Origin: Protoeuglena noctilucae | Taxonomy: Eukaryota | Reading direction: 5' to 3' | DNA length: 64,000 bases | NCBI GenBank assembly: GCA_958009085.1 | Contig: OY253668.1 | Location: 186,001-250,000, forward strand | Shown: positions 48,201 to 59,897 of the stretch, in pieces | How positions within the stretch are numbered: position 1 is the stretch's first letter | Layout: every line of letters starts with the position of its first letter | Program-made: the position numbers and the translations under genes | Notes under the pieces: model-generated | The model's input: only the letters and a program-made list of their open reading frames with translations | Told to the model about the DNA's origin: nothing | The model's database searches: none

Positions 48201-49342
48201 TTGCGGACGAGGTGACCACCGCCCCGCTCCCGTCACCCTCGTGTCATGTTGTCGTGACGCAGGCTAGAGAACGACGCCATCCAGCGCTTCACATATGGCA
48301 GCGAGTTGTACATCCGCGCCCGCGGCCAGTCGGGTCCCACTCTGGCGGCGGGGTACTCCCCAGAGACAGACGCGGGGTCCCGGGTCATTGAGAGGAACGA
48401 GGAGCACGAGTGGCGGCGGTGGGCGGAGGCCGACCGGTGGAACTGGGTACCACAGGTGACCATGGCGTGGCGTGGGGTGTGGATGGTACCAGCGAGGCGT
48501 GACCATCGCATGGGTACCTCTGTCAAGGCGGTGTGCGGATGGGGCGCGTGACTCTGACAGGTGTACCAGTGACAGTGGCACACACTACGAACATCGTAGT
48601 ATCCCATGCGTGCACTGTCTGCTCGTGCCTCACTCTATCCACCATTGGTATTACCTCATCTGCCATGCGATATCTCTCTGCATCCAGGACCGGTGCCGTT
48701 GGGCCGAGTCGATATACCGCCAGCAGAAGCACCGCCGGCTGTCACGGGAGCGTTTCCTGCGCCGATTGGGGGAGGAGGTGGCGCGATTGGAGCGAGAGGC
48801 TGCGTCGGAGAGCGCGCGGAGGGAGCGGTATGGGCCGAGCCACTACGACAGGATCGGGGCGCGGCTGGGGGGAGGAGGCGGGGGTGGCGACGCCATGGGG
48901 TACTACCGGTGAGGGTGGAAGAGAGCATGCTGGTAGCCTAGCGATAGGCAGACAGAGAGCCGGCACCTGTCGACACCTTGTCCCTCGCCGCTCCCCTTGC
49001 CTTCAGCATCCTGGGTCTTTCTGACCTCGGCTCCCGCGCTTCCCAAGACCAAGTCAAGTCCGCCTATCGAGCGGCCGTCATGTCGTGCCACCCCGACAGG
49101 GCGGGTGCGGGCGCGGCAACATCGGATCTGCTGGACAAATTCGTGCAGGCGAGGGGTTGCCGGGGTGTGCATGACTGTCATGGTGCCGGTATGCTCGGGA
49201 GGACAAAATGTAACGACCCTTGTTACCCTTTTAACTGTGATTGACATGTTGTTTGCAGGTCCAAGCTGCCTACGAGGTCCTCAGAGACCCGCAGCGGCGC
49301 GAGGCTTACGACCAGGGGACGTGGGCGCCACCGCCAGGGTAG
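45258..49342 (+). CDS. Membrane protein with C-terminal DnaJ (J) domain
   Basis: Spliced exons end GYYR|ILGL...QVKSAYRAAVMSCHPDR...KFVQ|VQAAYEVLRDPQRREAYD; Gly/Ala hydrophobic segments at 47.9-48.1 kb; about 10 introns, three with GC donors. N-terminal exon joins are less certain. Confidence 0.8.
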
Positions 49343-49580
49343 GGGTGGCTGTGTGGGCTTGCGAGGGCATGGGGTCGAAGGGCACGTGTGAAGGGCGCAT
49401 GTACTGGGCAGGAAGGGTACCCACATTCAAACAAGTGTCTCGCGAAAAGGAGTAAGGTTGGGCGGCGCGCGTGCAAGCGCAGGGACGCGTAGAGAGCAAG
49501 AGGAACGGGAGGAGGCGCCGGGCGCGTGCTTGGGCGCGGGCGCTAGGACAAGCGAGGGAGTCGTCGTTGGACCGGTCTTG

Positions 49581-50980
49581 TCAGTCCCGGCGCTCGTCTG
49601 CCTTGGGCTCCTTGCCGTTCCCCAGGACACCCGCGTCCTGGGAAGAGACGCGCATGGCCCGACTCAGGTCGGCGTACTCCCCGCCCATGAGCTCCAGCAC
49701 CTGGTGCCACATCTCCTGGCCGGTCCCCGTGACGCGCTGCAGGACGAGGTCCTTGCCGGCCGCGGCCGTGAACCACACGCCCTGCTGGCACTCGGCCTCC
49801 AGCTGCCCGGGCGCCCACCCCGCGTAACGCGTGAACCACCTGAAGTCCTCCGGGCGCGCGTCGCCGCGCTGCACCGCGTCCTTGGCGCCCCGGAAACCTC
49901 CGATGCACACCCCGTGCAGCACGGGCTGCGCCCCCTCGAGGTGGGGGTGCGGGTGCAGCACGTGCAGGGTGTCGCGGCCCACGTCGCCGCCCAGGAACAG
50001 AGGCTCGGCCGAGAACTCGGGGCTGCGAGGACGGGCGCGAAAAGGGCCTGTAATCACCCGGCGGCAAGCAGCTGACGGTGCCGCCCGGCTGGCTGGCTCG
50101 CTCGGGCAGCGGCCCCTTTTGCAACGAGCCTTCTCTGCGCGCACGCACCTGAGGACCTCCGCGCCGTGCACGCCGCCGAGCACGAATTTGGTTGGCTTGT
50201 TCAGGATGAGCCCCACGGTGCCCGTGTCGGCGTGGGAGAAGACAAAGAGCACGGCCTGGTGGAAGTACGTCTGGTTGTTCGTGAACATGAGCGGATGGGC
50301 AATCAGAAGGCATCCCTGCTCCGGTCCCGGAATCGCGTGCGCCCACATGCCTGACGGCCGCGCCTCCGCCTCCGAAGAGCTCCGGAGCCGGTCCTCACCC
50401 GGACCGGCGCTGGCGCGCTCCTGCGCGGGCGGAGCGCGGTGCTTGGGCCGCGGTCACGGAGGAGGGCGACGGACGGAGAGTCGAAAGCATGCGCGCCATC
50501 CGGCCGCCCCGCGAGCGCTGCCACGCATGGCGGACCCGCACTCTAGGGCTGAGGGCCAGCCGGCCATCAGGACGCGAGCCGGCCATCAGGACCCTCGTGC
50601 GCCTTGCCTGTTGAACAAGGCGGGCTCGGAACTCACGCCAGTCGGTCCCCATGCCCGCGTAGGGCGCGGCGAGGTCGGAGGAGGTATCGTCGTCTCCGCT
50701 GCCCGCCCCGACGCGCACTGCGGGGCGGGAAGCGCGGAGACAGCTTAGCTACCTCGTAATTGACGCCGTCTACCCATCCAGGGGGTCGGCGCGCCAGCGA
50801 TGCCGCGGGCCCGCGCGTTCCCGAGAGGAATCGCGGGAACCGTCCGCTGCATCTGCCAGGCCCGGTCCACTCGCCTGTGCGCCGCGCGCGCGCAGCCTGC
50901 TGGCCCGGAGCTCCATGATTCCTCGTGCTCGAGCCCACGGCGGGTGCCCGCGGACGCGCACGGGCCGTCACAGCCCGCAT
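49581..50980 (-). CDS. UPF0301 / YqgE-AlgH (DUF179) family protein
   Basis: DWREFRARLV, WAHAIPGPEQGCLLIA, YFHQAV...GLILNKPT, LFLGGDVG, YAGWAPGQLEAECQQGVWF, MWHQVLELMGG. Confidence 0.92.
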
Positions 50981-51272
50981 CTTGCTCACGGCGCGGTTCG
51001 CTATCACCGCTGCTCGAGTCGTTCGAAAGAAATGTCTCGTGTGCTGTCGAAACGAATGCCATATCCACCCTAGTCCGTCAGTCAGACGGGGCGCGGGGGC
51101 GATGGCAAATCCGTCACGGGGGTTTCTCATGTGCAAGAAGGTCTGCTTGTTAGGGCCGTTGCTCAGCCGCAGCGGGTCAGCGATCCGGCGGAGGAGGAAG
51201 GCACCGTGCACTCGGGCACGGTCACGCTGGCAGCCCGGCCTCGCCGCGCCCCGGGAGTCAATCAAGCGCGTC

Positions 51273-53380
51273 ATGCCGGACGACGAGGGGCCTTCACGGG
51301 CTCAGGTGATACTCTGGCCGAGCCTCGGGCCACGATGGGCACTCCCAGCACGCTGCAACCGGGGTGCACCGTGCCCGCCCCGAGCCGGGCGCTTCCCCCC
51401 CTTCATTCGATGAAGTAGCGATGTGATGGTTTCGATTGTGTGCGAGAGCGTCAGATCGGGCTCGTGGAGCTGCGCCATGACTCCGAGGAAAGCCTGGAGC
51501 CCCTTGCGAGAGCCCAAGGCCGCCCACCTGTGCCGCCCTTCCCTGGTTCGTTCCATGCAGATCGATGATTTCATCATGCGCACGGGCGCGAGCCCAGAGG
51601 AAGCGCGATTCTTCCTGGAGGCGACGGCCGGCGACGTGCAGGCCGCGGCGACCATGTTTTTGGAGATGAATCCGGAACACCTCGCCCACCCGGGGGCGCA
51701 GCAGCACGTCGCGGGCGTCGCGGGCGCGGCGGGTATCGCGGACGCCGACCTCGTCGACGGGGACGCCCCGGAGGAGGGCGCGGGTCCCGTGGAACGGCAC
51801 TGGGGCGGCCCCGTGGCGACGGCGCTCTCCGCGGCCGCCGCTGCCCCCGTCGCCGTCTTCCGCGTCGGCTTCAGCCTCGTGAGCGCCGTCCTCGGCCTCG
51901 GCTGGTTCGCCGTCAACTCGGTGGGCTCCCTGGTCCTCCCGGACTCCGTGATGGCCCCCGTCCGCCGCGCCGTCGCGTCCCTGGGGTCCATCGCCGCCAC
52001 CGCCGACCCCGAGCAGGCGGCCCGCGACTTCATCAGGGCCTACGAGGCCCGCTACGACTCTCCACGCCCGCCCTTCGAGGCCCTGTCCTTCCGCATGGCC
52101 CTCGCACGCTCCCGCGCCCAGGGCCGGTTCCTCCTGGTCTTCCTGCACGACTTCTCGGAGCCCGACAGCGACCACTTCTCCCGGGAAACGCTCTCCAGCC
52201 AGGCCATCGTGGACGTGCTGCGGTGAGGGGGGGCTCCCGGGCCGCGGGTGGCTTGCCGTGGGTGGTGGGGCGGTGTCTCTTACGGTGTCTCTGTACGGTT
52301 CTGCAGGGAGCAATTCGTGGTGTGGGGCGGGGACACGGCCAAGAGCTGGGACGCCCGGCAGCTGCGGCAGGCGGCGGGGAGCCCCTCGACTCCATACCTG
52401 GCCATGATGACCGCCACGGCCGACGGGTCGAGCGTGAGCCTCGTGGCGTCGTTTGAGGGGTACCTGGGCCCGGACCGCCTGCTGCAGGAGCTGATGCTGT
52501 CGCTGGAGCGCTACAGCCGGGAGCTCGCGCCGGTGCGGGAGCGCACGTCGCAGGCGCAGCGGCAGCGGGAGCAGGACAGGAGGCTGAGGGAGGAGCAGGT
52601 GCGGAGCGTGGGTGTAAAGCATTGGGCCAGGGTGCCGAATCACCCTGCGCCGGCGACTGCTTACTTACTTTGAAATGTGACCCTGCGACCCTGTCGGGCC
52701 TTTCGGTGCAGGACGCGGCGCTGCGTGCGGCGCTGGAGGCGGACCGGGCAAAGGAAGCAGCGAGGGCTGCGAGGGAGGAAGAGGAGAGGCGGGCGAGGGA
52801 GGAGGAGGAGCGGCGGGCGAGGGAGGCCGAGGAGAGGGCACGTGAGTGGGACGGCCGACGTGGCACGCAGCCACGTGGCTGGCTGGTTACTAGGAACCAT
52901 GTCCGCTCCTGAACATCCGTGCTTTCTCCGCGCAGGTGCGGAGAGGGAGGCGCTGGAGCGGCGCCGGCGGGACAAGGCGGAGGCGCTGGGCGAGGAGCCC
53001 CCTGCGACCTCGGCGGGGTGCTGCACCATCCGCGTGCGGATGCCGGGTGGCTCGAACGTGGCGCGGCGGTTCTTGGAAAGCGAGCCCGTGGCCGTGCTCT
53101 ACGACTGGGTCGACTCGCTGGACCACGGCGAGTGCTGCTGCTCGCTGCTTTGCTTGGCGCTGGAATCTGCCGGTCTGTTGCGCGGAGGCTTGCGCTTGCG
53201 GCGCGGATGGTGTCAACCTGCTGCGTGGCCGCCCTGCTTGCAGACCACGTGGACTACGATTTGGTGTCGTCCTTCCCTCGCAAGGCCTTCCCTCGCAGCG
53301 ACAGCAGACAGACGACGCTGCGAGACGCCGGACTAGCGCCGCAAGCTGCGCTCTTCGTGCAGCCCGTCAGCCAGGAATAG
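51273..53380 (+). CDS. UBX-domain protein, FAF2/PUX10-like (UBA-like, hairpin, UAS, coiled coil, UBX)
   Basis: IDDFIMRTGASPEEARFFLE (UBA-like), FLLVFLH and FVVWGGD (UAS), RRLREEQ|DAALRAALEADR, IRVRMPGG...RRF, LVSSFPRK, TLRDAGLAPQAALFV. Confidence 0.9.
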
Positions 53381-53595
53381 GCCGTTCAATAGCAAGCACC
53401 TGGCCCTGGGCGTGAGAAGTTGCGGAACTTCCTAGCTTGCAACTCGCTTCGCTTCTGCACGTGCGTGCCTCTCCGCATGCGGACCTGAGTCCGTGCGTTC
53501 AATGCGCGGCTACCGAGAGCGCCTGGGAAACCCGAGAACCAATGGAGCAAAGGTCAACACAGCGGCGTCTGGCAGGCCCGGCGGGCCTTGACCTG

Positions 53596-55623
53596 TCAGA
53601 ACTCGTCGCGGATCACGGGGGGCTTGAGGCCCTCCGGCGCGATGGGCGCGACAGGTGCGGGCGAGGCGGGCGTGGCGCCCCGCCGCCACCGGCGCACAAT
53701 CCAGTAGGCGAGGAGGAAGAGGAGCAGCGCGGCGACCGTCGCGATCAGCCAGGCGTACCTGCGGACGGCACCAAACGCGCTGTGCGCCATGCCCGCGTAC
53801 TTCATGTAGGCCTCCAGTTGGTCGTCCGACAGGCGCTTGAACTGCTCCAGCGTCGCCTTGACCTGAGCGTCGCTGCGGCGGCGCGAGGGGGGACGAGTGG
53901 AGGTGACGACTGCTGCTGCTGTGGGGCGCCCCTGGGCCTGACATGTGCGCAGATGGGCAGGGGCCCCTGCACCTCATGCGCTGCCCCATGGCACCCGACA
54001 TGGCCTTGAACTGCTCCGGCGTCATGTTGCGCATGCTCTGCACGGCCATGCGGCGCATCTCGGGATTCTGCATCATCGCCTCCATGCCTGCGGCCGCCCC
54101 CATCCCAGGCACCGCGCCACCGCTGCCGCCGCCCACGGCCCCCGTCGCCGGCGCGGTGGGGAAAGGCCCCCCAGGCATCCCTCCAGGCATCGACCCCGCC
54201 ATCCGTGCAAATGAGTCCCACTGGTCTGGTGTCATCGTCTTCAACTGCTCCGCCATCGTGCGTGCCAGCTCTGCGAATGGGGCAACGGCACGGTGAGGAG
54301 CGCCAGACGGTTTGAGACCCTCATCACCTGCACAGTCAGACTGAGAGTTCACCTGGCGTCAGGCGCTGTCCGCCTGGGAGCGTCTGCCCCGTCGACGCCA
54401 CCATCGCGTCGATCTGCTCCTGAGTCATGTTGGAGAGCATCTCCATGTACGACTGCATCATCTGCGGATTGCTGCGCATCGCCTCCGCCGCCCGCTGGAG
54501 CTCGTCCGCTCTCGGCATGCCGGGGGCGGTCGGCCCTGTGCTGGATGCCGGGGGACCTCCAGCACCCCGCGCGCTGGCCGAAGACTCCTCGTCCACCGTG
54601 ATCTCGCCTTCGTCGTCGCCAAGAGCCCCAGCGCGCTTCGCGGGAGGCGCTTCCGGCGCAGCGGCAGGCTGCAGGGAGCGGGGCAGTGCGTCGTGGAGCC
54701 CACAGCGCCCCTCGGGCCGACTGAAGAGGGCGCTGATGCGTCCATTCACTCACCTCGGGCTGTCCAGACTCGCGCATTCCCTTCTCGGCCTGCTGCAGCG
54801 AGTTCTCGATCGCCGTGTCCTCCGGGCTGAGCTGCAGCGCCTTGCGCAAGTCCGCGACGGCGCCCGTGAAGTCCTCCAAGCCGATCTTGGCCTGGCCCCG
54901 CCTCGCGAGGGCCTTGACATTGCGTGCGTCGCTCCGCAAGATGTTGTTGCACTCTGTGAGGCGCAGCGGAGGCGCGCAAAAGCGGTTAGGCCGGGCACCG
55001 GGCGTTTGGGGCCTGTGCTCCGCGGCGAGCGTCATCCAAGGCGACCCTCACCCTGCACACACGCCCCGTAGTCCTGGGTTTTCAGGTAGCAGAGAGCCAG
55101 GTTCAGCGTGCACTGTTGGCGAACCAGGGCGGCCTTGTCGTCCGCGACCCCCAGCAAGTTGGAAATTGCCCGCTGGTACTTGTCCTTCGCCTCGTGATAC
55201 CTGCCCTCCGCCACCAACTTGTTCCCATCGGCCTTCAGCTGCGTGGCTCCGTTCAGCTGGTACGTGTTTTGCGCGCTGGCTTGCGCCTGCGCCTGCGTCG
55301 TTGCTCGCGAGATCTCGTCCGGAGACATCTTTTGCATCCGCTCCGTCATCTCTTGGATTTGTTCCGGCGTCATGGAGCTCATCTGCGGGCCGCAGCGCGC
55401 GGGAGCCTCGTCCGCTGCGCTCGAGCGCCCCCAGCACAAGAGTCGATGGCTCCGCGACGCCTATGGCATCGCAAGCGCGCCGCTGGACCCCTCGCACCTG
55501 CTTCATCGCGTGATCGAACATGCTCGGGTTCATGCCGGACATTTGCGATTGCATCGCGGCGATTTGCTCCGGCGTCATTTTATGCATCGCGGCTTGCGCC
55601 GCGCGCATCAGCTCTGGGTTCAT
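53596..55623 (-). CDS. OEP61: Outer envelope protein 61-like TPR co-chaperone receptor
   Basis: MNPELMRAAQ..M..MTPEQ repeats, LKADGNKL...AKDKY.RA, CTLNLALCYLK, NVKALARRGQA...AVADLRKALQLSPED, STI1-like NPQMM/NPEMRR, C-terminal TM WLIATVAALLLFLLAYW. Confidence 0.85.
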
Positions 55624-55822
55624 GGTTGACGCCAACGAGTCGTATGGTCTCACAGGACTCGAAGTCATGCCCGCGGCAGCCGACCAGGACGGGCATTGTG
55701 CGCGCATCGGGGCTCTGACGCTGACACGTCAAGCCCCGGTCGTCTGACCCATGCTGGCGCATCTGGGCGTCGAGAAATTCTTCAAGCACGCTCTAATCAG
55801 CCAACACGAGTGGCACGGAGCA

Positions 55823-58800
55823 TCAGGCTAGCGCGGTGGCCGCTTCCGGCGCCGCCTGCGTGCCCTGGGCCGTCTCTGCCCGCGGCACGTGGAGCGCGCG
55901 CAGGGAGTTGGCTGCGACGAGGAGCGTGGCGCCCTCGTGCAGTAACACGGCCATCCACATGGGAAGGTATCCCAGCACTGCGGGCGCGGGCGGGGCGCAG
56001 TGGCAAGTGAGCTGCGGCACCATCCCAGTGATTACCGCACCATGCATGCCCCGCCAGCTACGCACCTGTGGGCGTGGAGGCCACCACGATGCTCAGCGCG
56101 GCCAGCGCGACGTTCTGGATCACGAGCGCTCGGTTGCGCCGCGCCAGGCGCAGCAGGAGGGGCAGCCGGGCCACGGCGTCGCCACTGCAGGTGAGGAGAC
56201 CTGGAGCTCGCACCTCAGAGCAGCACAATGCGCGGAAGCCACCGAGGGCGGCACGCTCTGCTGTGAGACATAGCAGCCCCCACGGATCTCCCGACAGACC
56301 CTCGTGAGCAGCCCCACTCGCCTGACGCAGATGACATCGGCGGCCGCCGCGACCGCGGCCTCCGCCGTCGCTGCCACCGCCACGCCGACGTCCGCGGCGG
56401 CGAGCGCGGGCGCGTCGTTGATCCCGTCACCCATCATCACGATGCAGGCCTCCGCGTCTTTCCCCCGAATGTCGTCCACCGCCCTCAGCTTTGCGTCCGG
56501 GGTCATACCCGCCTGCACCTTGCCCCCCTCGATCCCCACGGCCAACGCCGCCGCCAGCGCCGACGCCTGCACGTCTCCCGTCAGCATCAGCACGTCCACG
56601 GCAGGCCGCAGCGCCCCCGCGCCCCGGCCCTGCAGCTGCGCCACCGCGGCCGCCGACTCTGGGCGGACCGTGTCCTCAAAGACCATGCCCAGCACGTGTG
56701 GCAAGCCGCCAGCAAGAGGCTCCAGGACCAGCACCGACTGCAGCGCCCGGGTCCGGGAGGCCTGCGGGAGCGACATGGGGCAAAGGGTCAATTCGCTGCC
56801 ACGCGAGCGCGACGCGCAACGAGGGACAGCCCGCTCCCAACCACTCCCTTCGAATCCGCACCTTGGCCGACCATCGCTTCACGACATCCCGCAGCGTCTC
56901 TGGCACGAAACTCTGGACGAACGACACGGATCCGAGCCACGCTCGGTGCTGTGCGCCCCCGGCGGTCACCGTCCCCTCGAGTCCGGCCCCGTGCACCACC
57001 CGCAAGTCACTGCCCGCCACAGTCACCGGGGACCCTGCGGGATTGAACAAAGGACGCATGGTCGCGAAGGGTCCTGCGTCAAAACCGTCACCTTATCGGT
57101 GCATGCAGCGTCGAAGACACTAGCTATGCCGAGCGACGCCAAGTGAGAAAGCAAACCTTGATTCGCAACGCAGGCTCACCGCGTCCCACGCCCGTGGCCC
57201 CTAAATCAAAGGCCGAGATGGCTTTCGAGACTGGATGGTCCGACATGCCTGCCATGGCCTTGGCCGCCGACCAAGCGAGGGACGCGCCACCCTGCCTGCG
57301 TCCAGACGCGTAGCGAGGTCCTTAGAGGAAACCGGTGCAACACCATCAATTTCAACATGCACGTCACTATGCGAGCCACTGCCCCAGGGCATGTTTCGAA
57401 AGCAACGGTTGCATACTCACTTGCCGCTGGAGAGCATCTCCCAGGAGAGGCACCGGAGCTCGCCGGACGTGAGCGTGCCCGTCTTGTCGAGGGCGATGTG
57501 CGTGGCGTCGGCCAGCACGTCCAAGACCTCCCCTCCCTTGACGAGCACGCCCTTGCGAGACAGCGCCGCGATGGTCGCTACGTAAGGCAGCGTCGCCACC
57601 GTCAGCGCGCACGGCGCCGCGGTCGTCAGGAAGCCCAGGGCGCGGTACACGGCGCCACGGGCCACCGCCTCCCCGTGTGCGTGCAGCGAGCTGGCCAAGG
57701 ACCCCGACGCCACCTCGCTGCCAAATAAGGGCGTGCCCGTCAGCGGCAGCACCACCATCAGCGCCACGGTCAGGCCCAGCACCACCTGCGCGATCACCCA
57801 AGCGCGGGTGCCGGTGGGGCATTGCAACGACCATGCAAGGGCAATGCCAGCGCATGCTATGATACCATCAGCACAAGGCATATGCAATGCCTGCTTGCCT
57901 TGGAGTACCTCTCCCCGAACTCGTCCACCCACCGCTGCGCCCGTGGCCGCCGTGCCTGGGCCTCGCGTGCCAGCATGGCGATGCGGGCGGGGGTCGAATC
58001 CCGGGCCGATGCCAGCGCCTCCACCACGAGCGCGCCGTCACGATTGAGCGCCCCGCCGGGCACCTTGCTCCCCGGCTCGACCGCGAAGGGGAGGGCCTCG
58101 CCGGTTACGTGCTGCGGGGGCGGAGGATGCGACGTGGCCCGGGCGTGAGTGGGTGCGCGTGGGGCGCTGAGTTAAGACGTGTGGGCAATGAAAAGCGCTG
58201 TGGATGACGCAAGGTCACACCCGCCACCTTGGCTAGCCCCCGACGCTTCTTACCTCGGTGCTGACGGCGGCCCGGCCATGGACCACGACGGCATCGACCG
58301 GGACGCGCTGCCCGGCGCGCACCAGGCAGTGGTCGCCCAGGCGGACCTCGTGCGCCGGAACGGTGCGCAAGGACCGCAGGTCCGGCCCACCGTCCGCCAG
58401 CAGGCCCACGAGCGTGGCTGTGGCCAGTGCCGCGTCCAGCAGGGCGCGCTGGTCGCCCCGGGCGCGCTGCGAGAGTCGCTCCTCGATCGCATGCGCCGCC
58501 AGGAAGAGCGTGAGCAGGAGGGCGCCCTCCCCGGGGCATCCCAGCACGACTGTGCCCAGCGCCGACAGCGTCATGAGGACATGCACGTCGATGCGCAGGG
58601 CCAGAGCCGCGAAGGCGAGGTCCACGACGGCAGGGACGCCCACGAGGGCCCAGCAGGCCGCGAGCGTGGCCGTGCCGAGGGCGGAAGTGGGCCAGTCGGC
58701 GGGGGCGACGGTCGGGAGGAGCCAGTGCGCCGCCAGGAGGGCCCCCGCGGCGCCAGCGGCGCGCAGAGAGTGGCTCAGGGTGTGGGCCACGCGCAGAATG

Positions 58801-59562
58801 CCCGTGGGCGCCAGGGCGCGCTCCAGGGCGCGCGTGAGGGGCGTCTCGTCATGGCCGTGGCTGTGACCGTGCCCGTGACCGTGGCTGTGGTGATGGCCAT
58901 GGTCGTGGTCATGGTCGTGATGGTGGCCGTGGTCATGATCGCAGTGTTCGTGGTCGTGATGGTGGTCGTGATCGCAGTCCGCGTGCCCGTGCCCTCGTGC
59001 CTCGCCGTGAGCGTGGGCGTGACCCCCGCCCTTGTGGTCGTGCTCGTGGTCATGGTCGTGATCGTGATGCACATGATCGTGAGCGTGGCAGTGCTCGTGG
59101 GCATGCCGGGCCCGGACGCCGTTCAGCGCGGCGCTGTCGGCGGGCGCGCCTTCACTTCCCCCCTCGCGCCGCGAACTGCGCGGACAAGGTTGCGGGACGG
59201 ATGCGTCATGAAGCAGAGCGAGCAGAGAGTCTGAGAGTTACGCGCAGCAAGAAGCCCGGCTGCGCATGGAGCGGTGGCGGGGCCTTCGAGCCCTGCCGCG
59301 CTCGTGCCACGCGCGCGCCTCGCCTGGACCGATCCCTGCCTCGCGCTCCCACATCGGGGATGAGAATGCGCAGCCAACCAAGCGAGACTGCCTTGCGCGC
59401 TGCGGGGATTCGCGAGCAGCTGCGCGACGCAATCGGGGAAGAATGTAGCGCGGGCGCGCGACTCGGCCTAGGGCAGCGCGGGGCCAGTGCCCGCGATCGC
59501 CGCACGAGGGAACATCGCTCCGAATGCTCCAGCGCCCCCGAGGCGGGGCCCACGGCCTTCAT
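55823..59562 (-). CDS. HMA1: P1B-4 type heavy-metal ATPase, HMA1-like, with His-rich N-terminus
   Basis: IDVHVLMTL, TGE, APCAL, DKTGTLT, SDHPVS, MLTGD, GDGINDAPALAAADVG, LLHEGATLLVAANSLRAL. The 5' end is uncertain (candidate ATGs at 59267, 59354, 59562). Confidence 0.9.
58850..59104 (-). repeat. His/Asp/Gly low-complexity coding tract
   Basis: HAHEHCHAHDHVHHDHDHDHEHDH...HGHGHGHSHGHD, built from CAC/GAC/CAT codon repeats. Confidence 0.9.
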
Positions 59563-59897
59563 GGCGGGGCTCCGCAGAAGGGGTGGGATGGGCGGGTGGC
59601 CCTCGCGATGCGAGTTTCGAAACAATCGTTCGCTTTCGAAACAGTGGTGGATTCCCGGCAGCACCTACGGCTGTGATGGCGGTCAGCCGCTTGAAACTGG
59701 CGTGGGTTCGGCAAAAAAGCAGCTTTTGAAGGAGAGGAAATATGCGTGCGAGCCATTATGGGGCAGGAATCACATCGGAGATACGAGTAGCGGCCCCAGC
59801 GCACGCAGGCTCAACCTCGCCCATCACAGCGCGTTGGCGCGTTACATGTCTATGTCCTGCACCTCAATGATTGAGCTCCGCCCAGCACGAGCACGTG

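Noticed and set aside
58179..59234. 351-aa plus-strand Val/Met-rich ORF
   Set aside because: Antisense shadow of the HMA1 His-rich tract.
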